Assembly (NCBI RefSeq): GCF_009914755.1
Contig: NC_060939.1
Length of the DNA: 64,000 nucleotides
Strand: one strand, 5' to 3'
From: the human T2T-CHM13v2.0 reference genome, Homo sapiens
A program made the position numbers and the translations under genes. How positions within the stretch are numbered: the first letter of the stretch is position 1; each line of letters opens with the position of its first letter. Under the pieces are notes generated by a model that did no database searches, had not been told where the DNA came from, and saw nothing but the letters and a program-made list of their open reading frames with translations. Positions 39,992 to 54,600 of the stretch are shown piece by piece.

Positions 39992-41961
39992 TGAATTTGA
40001 TTATATAGATTAATAGAATCCAAATGGGACATTAACATTCTTTTTGCAAAGAGATATATAACTTGTTTCAAATGTAAGAGCACTTTTTAAAATATACTTT
40101 TACAATTTATTTTGAAAAGTAATACAATAGAACAACCTTTGGAAAATAGGGTAATGGGATTTTAAGTATGTTTTTCTCCACTTCTAATAGAACTATTATT
40201 AGCACTTCTGAGTATTTCTTCTCAGGCATTCTCTCTTAAGATGTTTTTATATAATTATAATCATAAGGCACAGTCTATTCTAATTCCTGATTTGTTTTCT
40301 TTCAGCACAAAGAATGTACCACAGTTTTTCTAACCATTTTCATATCTCATTGGTGAACTTTTAAGGTTTTTCTTATTTGTGGATGAATATCTGGTACATA
40401 TACATTCTTCCTTCACTTGAATAATTTCTTTAAGAAAGAGTTCTAGAAGTGGGATTCTAGGTGAAAGAATTTGAATTCTTTTATGACTGTTGATAAAAAT
40501 TGCTCAATCCCTTTTTTTTTGGAGCTAAAATCACTATTTTTAATCATGGTAAGCATGATTAAACAAAGTACACATGGCATAAAATGTACCATTTTAACCA
40601 TTTTCAAGTGTACAGTTCAGTAGCATTAAGTTTGCTTCAAGTTTACATTGTTTTGCAACCATCACCATTATCCATTTCCAGAACATTTATCATTTTCTAA
40701 AACTGAAACTTTTACCCATTAAACAATAACTTCCTGTTCTTCCCTCTCCCACAGCCCCTGGCAACCACCAATCTACTTTCTGTCTCTATGAATTTGACTA
40801 CTCTAGCTAACTCATATAAGTGGAACCATTCAATATTTATACTTTTGTGACTGGCTTATTTTCATTTAACATGATGTCTTCAAGGTTTATACATGTTGTG
40901 GCATATGTCAGAATTTCCTTCCTTTTAAAGGCTGAATAATGTTCCATTGTACATTGTGTGTGTGTGTGTGTGTGTGTATATACACACATATGTATACACA
41001 CATACACACATACCACATTTTGTTTATGTGTTCAATGGACACTTGGGTTGCTTCTAACTTTTGGCTATATTGAATAACGCTTCTATGAATATGAGTGTAC
41101 AGATAACGGTTCAAGTCCCTGCTGTCACTTCTTTTAGATATATATCCAGAAGTGGAATTGCTGGATCATATGGTAATTATCTGTTTAATTTTTTAAGGAG
41201 CTGCCATACTGTTTTCCATGGTGGCTGCACCATTTTACATTCCCACCAGCAGTGTATCAGGTATCCAATTACTTTCAACAACAGATGCTAATTTATCATA
41301 TTACCAAGCAATATGAATGCCAAATTCACAATACTCTTATTATTATTGGATATTATGCTTTAAAAAGTATTTACTAATTAACTTGTAAAAAATGGTACCA
41401 AGATGTTTACATTTATTGTTTTCATCACTAATGAAATGGAACACACATGTGTCAGTCAGGTTTTTTGGTGGGAGCTGGATATCAGGTTTAGGTGTCATAC
41501 TCTCTGAAAGGGCTTGGTAGCCTAGTTCTGGTTATAACCCTGTTTCTTTGGGACAGACACCCTGGTACCAAATGAGTAGATGGTAGGCTTGACATTAGAT
41601 TAACAAAATGAGATTTCCACCCTATATTATTTTCCTAAGAGAAAAATCAGTACTTCTGGAGTTTCTTCAGAAAGAACTTTGAATCTACCTTACCTAGATT
41701 TGTCAAAAGAAAATTGATTTTTCTTTCTAAAAAGTAAAAGAATAGTTCCGAATTTCTTACCAGTTCAGTTTTGCTAATTGTCCAACTCCAGAAGCCACCA
41801 TTCGGAAAGAAACCAGATCATATCAATAGTGGCTCCTGCTGTTGTACAATATGATGGTTCTGCCTATACGTGTATATCTGCAAGTTACAATAAGGTTATT
41901 CTCCTTTGCAAAAACAATGACAAACCTCAAACCATGTGTTTTATATATGCTCTCATTTTAG

Positions 41962-42121
41962 AGTCTTGGCCTTTTCCTTATCCTCCATTACTTCTGTCAC
42001 AGTTAAGATTGATGGAGTTCATTTAGGCCAGGCTGTTCATGTGTCTGGTCCCATTTTCGTACTGAAGTGGAATCCTAGAAACTACAGTAGTGGGACACAT
42101 AACATAGAAGTAATCGTCCAG
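41962..42121 (+). CDS. TMEM62: TMEM62 exon 9 (VLAFSLSSITSV...IEVIVQ; beta-rich, possibly Ig-like)
   Basis: Acceptor cattttag|A, donor CAG|GTAAGT. 160 nt. Confidence 0.95.
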
Positions 42122-42222
42122 GTAAGTTAGTAATTTATATTTACTATGTAAATGATTAAGCTGTAGCCACAATGAATTCTGGTTTGGAATTTTTTAGTCA
42201 ATTGGTAATGAAACCATGTTTA

Positions 42223-42405
<183 letters not shown>

Positions 42406-44464
42406 CTACTCAGGAGGCTGAGGCAGGAGAATCCACTTGAGCCCAGGAGGTAGAGGTTGCAGTGAGCTGAGATTGCACCACTGCACTCCAGCCTGGGCAA
42501 CAGAGCCAGACCCTGTCTCAAAATAAACAAAAAAAGTGAAAAAATTGGGGCTGAGGCTGGAGGATCGCTTGAGGCCAGTAGTTTGAGACCAGCCAGGGCA
42601 ACATAGTGAGACCGCATCTCAACAAAAAAATAAAAGTTAGCTGGGCATGGTGGCGTGCATCTGTAGTCCTAGCTACTTGGGAGGCTGAGATGGAAGGATC
42701 GCTTGAGCCCAGGAGTTCAAGGTTATAGTGAGCTCTGATTGTGCCAGTGCACTCTAGCCTGAGTAACAAAGCGAGACCCTATCTCAAAAAATAAATAAAT
42801 AAAAATAAAAATAAATTGAATACACTGTATTTAGTATATTCTGAAAATGGGCACTTGGAATAATTCTAATATTAGATTAAAAACTAGGCAGAGGAGAAGA
42901 GGAGTGGCCATAGACTCCCTTTTTTTAGCCCCAGGAAATCATTCTTGTGTTTTCTTCCAACTTTGCCCAGAATCTTTTCATAATAGGGGCAAATTCCCCA
43001 GTATACCCAAAGGTAATAGAATAAGTCAGAAAACATGTATTATGTATCCATGTCTTTGATTGCTGTCTCTAATTGTAGGACAATTGTGTCATTATTTGAA
43101 AGCTTCAGGACACAGAATTTTCAGTGCATCAGAAGCACTTTTTTGTTAGAGGAATAAGCATTGTTAGCATATGCAGTACCAGTTTGCCTTTTCTTATTCT
43201 GATTCAATTTAGGGCATTTAATTTATTAGCACCTGCCAGAGTAGAAAATAATAATCATTACCAAAATAGAGCAGTTTCATTAAACTCTTAAGGCGATAAG
43301 CTGTGCTCAGAAATTAGTTTCTTAAACACACACACACACACACACACCTGTCAATTTCTGCAACTTTATGATTTGATGACAGTTGTTAACTATTTAATCT
43401 TCTAATATTAAGACTTAATTTGAAACACTAAATAATTTTTCAGAAAACATATGTAGTTATTTTCATTATCTTTTTTATCCCCCCTACAGAGACAGGTTGA
43501 GTAGGAAGAAACTATTTACTGAGCTCCCTCTAAGGAGATGCTAGGCACTTAGAATTTTTTACTTAATCCACAAAACAATCCTTTGTTGGGGGTAGTTTTA
43601 CCCTTGGTTTGTAAATGGAGAAACTTGTACATCTGCACAAAAGAAGACACTCTGCTATGCCATCCATCTTTAAAATGTTCTGTGTAGAAGGAAGAAAAAA
43701 CTTACAGCAGAAGTAGAAGGAGAGATAGCTGGGGATGAACCCTTAAGGTCTTTCATATTAGAAGAAGGTGGATCATTTTAAAGAGACTTGAAGGTTCATG
43801 TGCACCTAGAATAAATTATTCCCTGTCTTCACAGTCACTACAGTCTGGAGTGCCTCAGAACCCCAGTGTATTATTTTCTTAATAAGATATACATACAACT
43901 TCTGTAGTTTTATGAAGAAAAAAAAACCATAGCTTATATTCCTTGAAACATTTCTGGCTGCTTAGTTGAATCCTTAGTAAAAATGTAAAATCACATACTT
44001 TTTGTATGTTTAACATTTCTTACAATGGTATCAAGGTATAATTTATACATAATAACATAATAAACCCTGTATATTTAAAGTATACAATTTGGTGAGTTTT
44101 GACATATGTATACATCCTTGAAGTCATCGCCTACAAACAATATGATACATTTCCCTCAAAAGTTTTCTTGTATCCTTTGCAATCTGTTTTCCTTACATCC
44201 TCATTCTCAGGCAAGGACTGATCTGTTTTCTGTTTTCTTATATGTATAACTTTAAACAACCTACTGAGTATTAAATAGGGAACCTGGTCCCTTCATTCAT
44301 TCATGGGAAAGTTCTGTCCTTTTAAGTACAGTAAACTGTAGATAAGTCAGATTTGAAACTCAAAATCTGTGGGAGAAGACACTTATTATCTAATATTTTA
44401 CCTACTCATTGTATTTATTGAATATCTATAGGTTCCCCACAGTCTAGTAGCAACTAGACCTTTA

Positions 44465-44650
44465 GATCAATTTTCAATGTGGGTCCTGGGCTAGTGGCAT
44501 CAGTATCACCTGGGAACTTGTTAGAAATGGAAATTCTCAGGTCCCATCTGAAATCTACTGAATCAGAAACTTTGGAGATAGGACCTAGCAATCTAGTTTA
44601 ACAATCTCTCCAGGTGATTCTGATGTCCACTAAAGTATGAGTATCTGTAG
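44465..44650. mobile_element. MER5A hAT MITE (other MER5-like copies at ~36680-37075, 50760-51200, 62070-62405)
   Basis: gcatcagtatcacctgggaacttgttagaaatg...ctactgaatcagaaact...caggtgattctgatg. Confidence 0.8.
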
Positions 44651-45597
44651 TTTAAGATTATTGTGCCTACTTTGCCAATTTAAAGAGTAGACCCTAGAAA
44701 GGTCTAATCTCAAACATTAGAAAAATCTAGATTCCTGCTTTAAAACAATAACATAGTTTAATATAAGCACATTTTGAGCAATAAAAGCTTAAAAAACACA
44801 ACTGTAAGTTCTTATTGTTATTTTTAAAGTTTTTTTTATAATGGGAAAATTTTAAATATACAAAAGAGATAATATTATAATGAACTCCCATGTATCCATC
44901 AGCCAGTCTCAACAATTATCAACTCATGATCAATCTTGTTCCTTCTTTATCCCTATCTCCCCTCCCTGCACCATGATGTCTTTCATCTGTAAATATGTCA
45001 ATATTTATCAGTAAAATATAAGGACTGTTTTTTAAAAACTTAACCATGATACCATATCATACCTGGAAGACTAACAGTAGTTCCGTAATATCGAACTACC
45101 CATTTAATGTTCGGTTATCCCAATATGTTACATAGATAGATAGGCAGATAGATAGATAAATAGATATGTATATTTTCATTTGGTTGGTTCAAATCGGAAT
45201 TCAATCAAGGCTCTTACATTCTATTTAACCGACTTGTCTCTTTCATCTCTTTTACTGTACAGATTGCATCCCTTACCTCCCCCCTCTTTTTTTTCCCCTT
45301 AAAATTTATTTGTTTTGGAAACTGAATCTTTGGTCCTGTGGAGTTCCCTGTTTTCTGGATTTTTGCTGTTTACATCCCTGGGGTATCATTTAACATGTTC
45401 CTCTGTCCCTGTCCCCTTTAGGTTCTATAATTGGTAGTTAGATTTAGAGGTTTCATCAGATTTACATCTGTTTGTTTTTTGGCAAGAGTACTTTATCTGG
45501 TTTTTTATGCTTTTAACAGGATGCCCATAATATTTGGTTGTCTCTCTTTCTATAATGTTAAGATGGATCAGTGTATTCAGCTGTTGGTAGCCTTATC

Positions 45598-45828
45598 CAC
45601 TGATGTGCTGGTAAATATTTAGTAACCAGCTTGGGGCAAGTTACAGGGGTCAAGGAGAGGGGATCCTGATTTGTAGCATTTCCCTGATTTGTACCAATCC
45701 CCATAATATAAATATTTCTACCATGGCTGGTTTTAAGCTACCAACGCCATGCTAAGTGGCCTGCAAAATTGCTGAAAACTTAACATTTGGCTCTTATGAG
45801 CAGTCAAGCCAGCTCCAGCACACTGCTG
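45598..45828. mobile_element. MER63-like hAT element
   Basis: Imperfect TIRs cactgatgtgctgg and ccagcacactgctg. Confidence 0.55.
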
Positions 45829-46379
45829 GCTCATCCCTCCATTATCTTTTCACCTAAGGGTTTTTAGCAGCCATTGATGATACTTACCTAAATCCATTTT
45901 TTATTAGAGTTATAAAATGGTGATATTCACATTTTCTTTCCTTATTATAGGAATATTAATTAGAACAGTCCTATGAAGAAAAAAATTATCTTATCTATTT
46001 GGTACCCAGATATAAAGTTCACACACAAAATGCAAGATAAATTCTTCTTTCCCCATTGCCCCTTTACTAAAGCAGTTTTCAGAATAATGAGTTGGTTCTT
46101 TAGTATCTGCCAAAGGTGACTGAGTCTTTTACATTTAGTAGTATTATAAATTCAAAGTTTAAAAAATATATTGATGTATAAAAAATACTTGATGTATTTC
46201 AGTCCATTGCATTTATTATTTTCCATGCTCAAATTGTTCCACCTTTGGCTAGTGGGAGCCTCTTCATGTTGACTACTAAGCCCTTTGACACAATCCCAGT
46301 AGTCTTTGTTCGTTTTCTTACTTTCTGATTTGACAAGATATTCCAAGCTTTTCTTATGCATTTTTTTCTTTAAAAAAAT

Positions 46380-47010
46380 TTTTTTTAAAGTTTTACTTTT
46401 TGTGAGTACATAGTAGGTGTGTATATCTGTGGGTTACATGAGGTGTTTTGATACAGGCATGCAATGCGTAATAATCACATCATGGAAAATGGAGTATCCA
46501 CCCTCTCAAGCATTTGTCCTTGTTTTACAAACAGTCCAATTACACTCTTTTAGTTATTTTTAAAAGTACAATTATTATTGACTCTAGTCACTCTGTTGTG
46601 CTATCAAATAGTAGGTCTTATTCATTCTTTTTATGCTTTTTGTACTGATTAACCATCCCCACCTCCCTCCCAATGCCCCCTTACTACCCTTTCTAGCCTC
46701 TGGTAACCATTCTTCTACTCTCTGTATCCATGAGTTCAATTGTTTTGATATTTGGATCCAACAAGTAAGTGAGAACAAGTGATGTTTGTCTTTCTGTCCC
46801 TGGCTTATTTTACTTAACATAGTGGTCTCCAGTTCCATCCATGTTGTTGCAAATGATAGGATCTTATTCTTTTTTGATGGCTGAATAGTACTCTATTATG
46901 TATATATACCTCATTTTCTTTATCCATTCATCTGTTGATGGACACTTAGGTTGCTTCCAAATCTTATTGTGAGCAGTGCTGCAACAAACATGGGAGTGCA
47001 GATATCTCTT
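46380..47010 (-). mobile_element. L1MA-type 3' end fragment
   Basis: ttttgatacaggcatgcaatgcgtaataatcacatc...gcagatatctct. Confidence 0.8.
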
Positions 47011-47385
47011 CTTGTGCACTTCCTATTCAAGAACTGGAATGAGCTGTTTCCCTAAAGAGCACTGGTTTCTTGTAGTGAGAAATACTATTTTGAGACCGCA
47101 ACCTGGGCACCAGCCTAGGTAGCTCATTACTGTTAGCTTTGTTGTTATTTCTAGGCCTTTTTAGGGAACAGAGGGAAATAAAAAAATTTTTTTTAAAGGG
47201 AAAATACACGTGAGTGCATGCTAATATTTACTCTTTAAATGTAGAATTATAGGTTTTAATCTCTTTTTTTGTTTTTTTGACAGAGTCTCACTCTGTCACC
47301 CAGGCTGGAGTGCAGTGGCGTGATCTCGGCTCACTGCAAGCTCTTCTTCCTGGGTTCAAACAATTCTCCTGCCTCAGGCCCCTGA

Positions 47386-47571
<186 letters not shown>

Positions 47572-47970
47572 TAAAAGTACTTATAAGGCCAGCACTTTGG
47601 GAGGCCAATGCAGGAAGACTGCTTGAGGCCAGGAGTTCAAGACCAGCTTGGGCAACATAGCAAGACCCCATCTCTAAAATAAATTTAAATATTAGCCAGG
47701 CGTAGTGGTGTGTGCCTATAGTCCTGCAGCTGTATCAGGAAGATCACTTGACCACAGAAGATGAAAGCTGCAGTGAGCTAGCTATGATTGCACCACTGCA
47801 CGCCAGCCTGGACAACAGAGAGAAACCTTGAAAAACAACAACAACAACAACAACAACAATAACAACAACAACAAAGTGTAGTTATTAGAAACCTATTCTT
47901 ATTTTAATTTAGAACATTATAAATATTTCCATGTACATGAAAGTTACTTTTCTTCTGTGGTTATTACTAG

Positions 47971-48084
47971 GATTCTGCTGGAAGAAGTAAGAGTGTTCAC
48001 CACATATTTTCTGTTCAAGAGAATAATCATCTCAGTTTTGATCCCCTGGCATCATTTATTCTCCGTACTGATCACTACATCATG
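47971..48084 (+). CDS. TMEM62: TMEM62 exon 10 (DSAGRSKS...RTDHYIM)
   Basis: Acceptor ttactag|GAT, donor ATG|GTAAGT. 114 nt. Confidence 0.94.
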
Positions 48085-48140
48085 GTAAGTGAATTCAATT
48101 AAATATTACATATGTTAAATGCAGAGTCCTAAATAATATA

Positions 48141-48467
48141 CAGTAGTGCTCCCTTATCCATGATTTCACTTTCCATGGTTTCAGTTACCGAAGGTCATCC
48201 ATGGTCTGAAAATATTATATATAATAAGATATTTTGAGAGACAGAGACCATAGTCTTGTAACTTTATTATAGTATATTGTTATAATTGTTCTATTTTATT
48301 ATTATTGTTGTCGATCTGCTGTGCCTAATTTATAAATTAAACTTTATCATAGGTATGTATTTATAGGAAAAAACATAATATATATAGGGTTCGGTACTAT
48401 CTGTGTTTTCAGGCATCCACTGGGGGGGACTTGGAATGTGTCCCCTGTGGATAAAGGGGGACTATTG
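48141..48467 (+). mobile_element. MER44-type Tigger MITE just after exon 10
   Basis: TA-flanked TIRs cagtagtgctcccttatcc and ggataaagggggactattg. Confidence 0.75.
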
Positions 48468-48867
48468 TAAACATATGACAAGAAAGTTGAATCTTATAAA
48501 ATTAAAGGTTAGTTATTTGTCTAGAAGAATAAAATGCTTTTAAGTTGATTTGAATTAAAAGAAGCAGAGGCATGGATGAGTCATTTGGGATGCTATAAAT
48601 CCAGGATAACTAAGGGAATTATAACAAAGGATATTAGTTATCATATCGAAGGGAATTATAACTAAGGATGCTATAAAAACAGGATAACTAAGGGAATTAT
48701 AGGGACTATGCCAACTTGGGTTAAGGCTTTTTAAAGAATATTTCTTTCCACATCAATAATATATGCTCAGTGTAGAAAACTTGGAAAATTTAGAAATAAA
48801 GTTAAATCAGCCACACATCTTTCTTTTATCACACTATCCATTATAACCATTGTATTTGTCATTATGA

Positions 48868-49074
<207 letters not shown>

Positions 49075-49138
49075 TGAGTAGCTGGGATTACAGGTGCCTG
49101 CCACCACGCCCAGCTAATTTTTTGTATTTTTTTAGTAG

Positions 49139-49288
<150 letters not shown>

Positions 49289-49410
49289 TAAATACTATTA
49301 TACCTTTATTCTCTTTTGCTGTCTGATTTTTTTCCACTGAGGAATTTGTCTTGACTATTTTCTCTTATCAATTTATATTATAACATATTAGCTGCATTAT
49401 ATTGCCATAG

Positions 49411-49665
<255 letters not shown>

Positions 49666-49741
49666 TGATCCACCCGCCTCCCAAAGTGCTGGGACTACAG
49701 GCGTGAGCCACTGCCCCTGGCCCTTTTTTTTTTGTTGTTGA

Positions 49742-49849
<108 letters not shown>

Positions 49850-50884
49850 TAGCCAGGATTACCGGCGCCCACCACCATGCCCGGCTAATTTTTGTATTTT
49901 TAGTAGAGACGGGGTTTCGCCATGTTGGTCAGGCTGGTCTTGAACTCCTGACCTCAGGTGATCCACCCACCTCAGCCTCCCAAAGTGTTGGGATTACAGC
50001 GGTAAGCCACCGCACCTGGCTGCCTTAATTTTTTTAATCACTTCTCTATTGTTGGACATTTAAGTTGTTTCTAATTTGCCCCTCTACTGTATAAATAATG
50101 CTTGTAACTAAGTTTTTAGATATCTCTCTAATATAGTTTCTTGGGATCAATTTCTAGAAGTGAATTTCTGGATCAAAGGGTGGGCACACTATTTTATATA
50201 CTTTACTATTTATATACATAATTACATAAATTATTTATTATTTATAACCATCATTTTTTTTTCCTATCCTCGCTCATTAAAATATAAGCCCCATGAGGGC
50301 TTATATTTTGGTATGCTTGGCACATAGTAGGCCCTCAATAAATATTTCTTAAATGAGTAAATGGGTATTTTTTTAGTTTTTAATATACACTGTTAAATTG
50401 TCTTTTAGAGAAGCTATGGTAATTTATACTGTAGTTCCCTCAGATCTCATTTATCCTGGGTGTTAGCATAAAATAAAAATAAAAAAAAAGAAATACACTA
50501 AAATTTTCAGAAGAAAACTTAAACCTTCCTTAATTTCACCTCCCAGAGATAGGTTTAGTGTATATTCTCACGGACTTAAAATGTGAGATCATTATTATTT
50601 TAATTTACTTTTGTTACTTGTATGATTTTTTCAGACATATTATTAATAAGCATTTGCATCTCATTACTACAAAATTTTTAAATCATTTGTTATTTTTTCT
50701 TTTGTGGATTTTTAACAGTCACCTAAATTAGGCTTGGGGAATTTTGATATTCAAATGAATAACCTGGATGTTATTAAAATACGGTTCTGGGGCCGGGCTC
50801 GGTGGCTCAAGCCTGTAATCCCAGCACTTTGGGAGGCTGAGGCGGGCGGATCACGAGGTCAGGAGATCGAGACCATCCTGGCTA

Positions 50885-51155
<271 letters not shown>

Positions 51156-51609
51156 TTAGTGGATTCCAGTGACGGTCCAGGATCTTACTTTGAGAAACAA
51201 GCACCTAGGTCATATGTCACTATTGTGAATTCATCTCCAGGTGAATGACTTCTTGAGAAGAAAGCAAAAGAAAACAGTCTATGTTCACTCAGCCTGCAGT
51301 GTAGTCTATACTGTTTTTTTATTCTTATAGAACTTTAAAACAAAACAAAGTATCCTTCTCCCAGTACAATGAAAGTGGACTATTTTAATTTGATTGCTTA
51401 ATATAATTGTATAAAATTACTTAGCTTCAATATTGGTCTAAGTATCTAAATTCAGAAAGAGCAATGCTGAAGCAATTTATAATTTTCTTTATTGGTGGAT
51501 CAGATGTTTGATTCCATCTCTTAAAGGCTCCATCTCTTAAAAAGAAAAGACTTAAAGAGTCCATCTCTTAAAAAAACTGATGTTGTGGTTATTATTTTTG
51601 ATAGGTTTA

Positions 51610-54600
51610 TCTTTTAGTCTTCTTACTCAAGATGTGAGTGGTTTATGTACCACAATTACAGTGTCAGAGTATTCTATATTAGGCTGTATATTTACTGTTG
51701 CCAGTGAGTTTTATACCTTCAGATGATTTCTTTTTTCTTTTCTTTTTTTTTTTTTTTGAGATGGGGTCCTCCCAAGTAGCTGAGACTACAGGCACATGCC
51801 AATACAACCAGCTAATTTTTACTTTTTTTTTGTAGAGACGGGGTCTCACTTTGTTGCCTAGACTGGTCTTGAACTCCTGGCTTCAAGCAATCCTCCTGCC
51901 TCGGCCTCCCAAAATGTTGGAATTACAGGCGTGAATCACTGTGCCTAGACTTCTCATTGCTCATTAACATCCTTTTCTTTCAGACTGAAGAACTTCCTTT
52001 AACATTTCTTATAGGACAGGTCTGGTGTTGATGAAATCCCTCAGCTTTGTTTGTTTGGGAAAGTCAGCTTTGTTTGTTTGGGAAAGTCTTTATTTCTCCT
52101 TCATGTTTGAAGGATATTTTTGCTGAACATAATATTCTAAGATAAAATTATTTTCCTTCTGAATATGTCATGCCACTTTCTCCTAGCCTTAAGGTTTCCA
52201 CTGAGAAGTCTGCTGCCAGACATATTGGAGCTCCTTTGCATGTTATTTGTTTCTTCTCTCTTGTTGCTTTTAAGATCCTTTCCTTATCATTGCCCTTTGG
52301 GAATTTGGTTAATAAATGCCGTTAGGTAGTCTTATTTGGGTTAAAACTTCTTGGTGTTCTATGACCTTCTTGTACCTGAATATTGATATATTTCTTTAGG
52401 TTAAAAAAGTTCTCTATTATTATTTTTTGAATAAACTTCCTACTCTGATCTCTCTCTGTACCTCCTCTTTAAGGCCAATAACTCTTAGATTTGTCCTGTT
52501 GAGGCTGTTTTCTAGATCTTGTAGGTGTGCTTCATTCTTTTTTTTTTCCTTTTTTTCTCCTCTGTGTATTTTCATATAGATGGTCTTTAAGCTCACTAAT
52601 TCTTTCTTCTATTTGATGAGTTCTGCCCTTGAGAAATTCTGATGCATTTGTCAGTTTGTCAATTTAATCTTTCAGCTTCAGAATTTCTGCTTTGATTTTT
52701 TAAAATTATTGTAATGTCTTCATTAAATTTCTGTGATAGGAGGCTGGGTGCGGTGGCTCACGCCTGTAATCCCGGCACTTTGGGAGGCCGAGGTGGGCGG
52801 ATCACAAGGTCGGGAGATAGAGACCATCCTGGCTAACACAGTGAAACCCCATCTCTACTAAAAATACAAAAAATTAGCCCGGTGTGGTGGCGGGCACCTG
52901 TAGTCTCAGCTACTCGGGAGGCTGAGGCAGGAGAATGGCATGAACCCAGGAGGCGGAGCTTGTAGTGAGCCAAGATTGCGCCACTGCACTCCAGCCTGGG
53001 TAACAGAGCAAGACTCCGTCTCAAAAAAAAAATAAAATAAATTAAATAAAAAATAAATAAATAAATAAATAAATAAATTTCTGTGATAGGAATTTGAATT
53101 CCTTTTCTGTGTTTTCAAGAAGTTCATTGAGCTTCCTCAAAACAGCTATTTTGAATTCTCTGTCTGAAAGTTCACATAACTCTGTCACTCCAGGAATGGT
53201 CTCTGGTGCCTTATTTAGTTCATTTGGTGAGGTCATGTTTTCCTGGATGTTCTTGAGGCTTGTGGATGTTTGTCAGTGTCTGGGCCTTGAAGAGTTAGGT
53301 ATTTATTCTAATCTTTGTAGTCTGGGCTTGTTTGTACTCATCCTCCTTGAGGAGGCTTTCCAGGTATTCAAAGAATTGAGGGTTGTGATCTAAGTCTTTG
53401 GTCACTGCAGCCATATCTGTACAAGGGGGTGCCCCAAGCCCAGTAATACTGCAACTCTTGCAGCCTTACGTGGGCTTGGTGGGCTTGGGTAAGAACTGGG
53501 AGAATTCTCTTGATTACCAGGCAGAGTCTTTTGTTTTCTTTTCTTTTTTTTCTTTCCAGAGATTTTATTTGTTTTGGTGGCAGAGACAGAGTAGACTGTG
53601 CTTACTTCGTTTTAACAAGAACCATAACCCCAAATCTCTAACATACCAAAGTAGAGGGAATCATACAGCAAACACCTATGTATCCATTGCCCATATTAGA
53701 TTGCATCTTTTCTTTTAAACAGAATATCTGAGGATTGCCATGTTTCTAATATGTTAAATACAGGACTGGTTTGTGTCAGAGTGCAAATCAATTATTCCTG
53801 AAATGATGGAGAGATATTTCACCAACTTGTTCTCCTTGAGGTTTTTCTTTTTTTTTTTTTTTTTATTGATCATTCTTGGGTGTTTCTCGCAGAGGGGGAT
53901 TTGGCAGGATCACAGGACAATAGTGGAGGGAAGGTCAGCAGATAAACAAGTGAACAAAGGTCTCTGGTTTTCCTAGGCAGAGGACCCTGCGGCCTTCCGC
54001 AGTTTTTGTGTCCCTGGGTACTTGAGATTAGGGAGTGGTGATGCCTTCAAGCATCTGTTTAACAAAGCACATCTTGCACCGCCCTTAATCCATTCAACCC
54101 TGAGTGGATACACCACATGTTTCAGAGAGCACAGGGTTGGGGGTAAGGTCACAGATCAACAGGATCCCAAGGCAGAATAATTTTTCTTAGTACAGAACAA
54201 AATGAAAAGTCTCCCATGTCTACCTCTTTCTACACAGACACGGCAACCATCCGATTTCTCAATCTTTTCCCCACCTTCCCCCCTTTCTATTCCACAAAAC
54301 CGCCATTGTCATCATGGCCCGTTCTCAATGAGCTGTTGGGTACACCTCCCAGACGGGGTGGTGGCCGGGCAGAGGGGCTCCTCACTTCCCAGTAGGGGCG
54401 GCTGGGCAGAGGCGCCCCTCACCTCCCGGACTGGGCGGCTGGCCAGGCGGGGGGCTGACCCCCCCACCTCCCTCCCGGACGGGTCGGCTGGCCGGGCGGG
54501 GGGCTGACCCCCCACCTCCCTCCCGGATGGGGCGGCTGGCCGAGCGGGGGGCTGACCCCCCCACCTCCCTCCCGGACGGGGTGGCTGCCGGGCGGAGACG

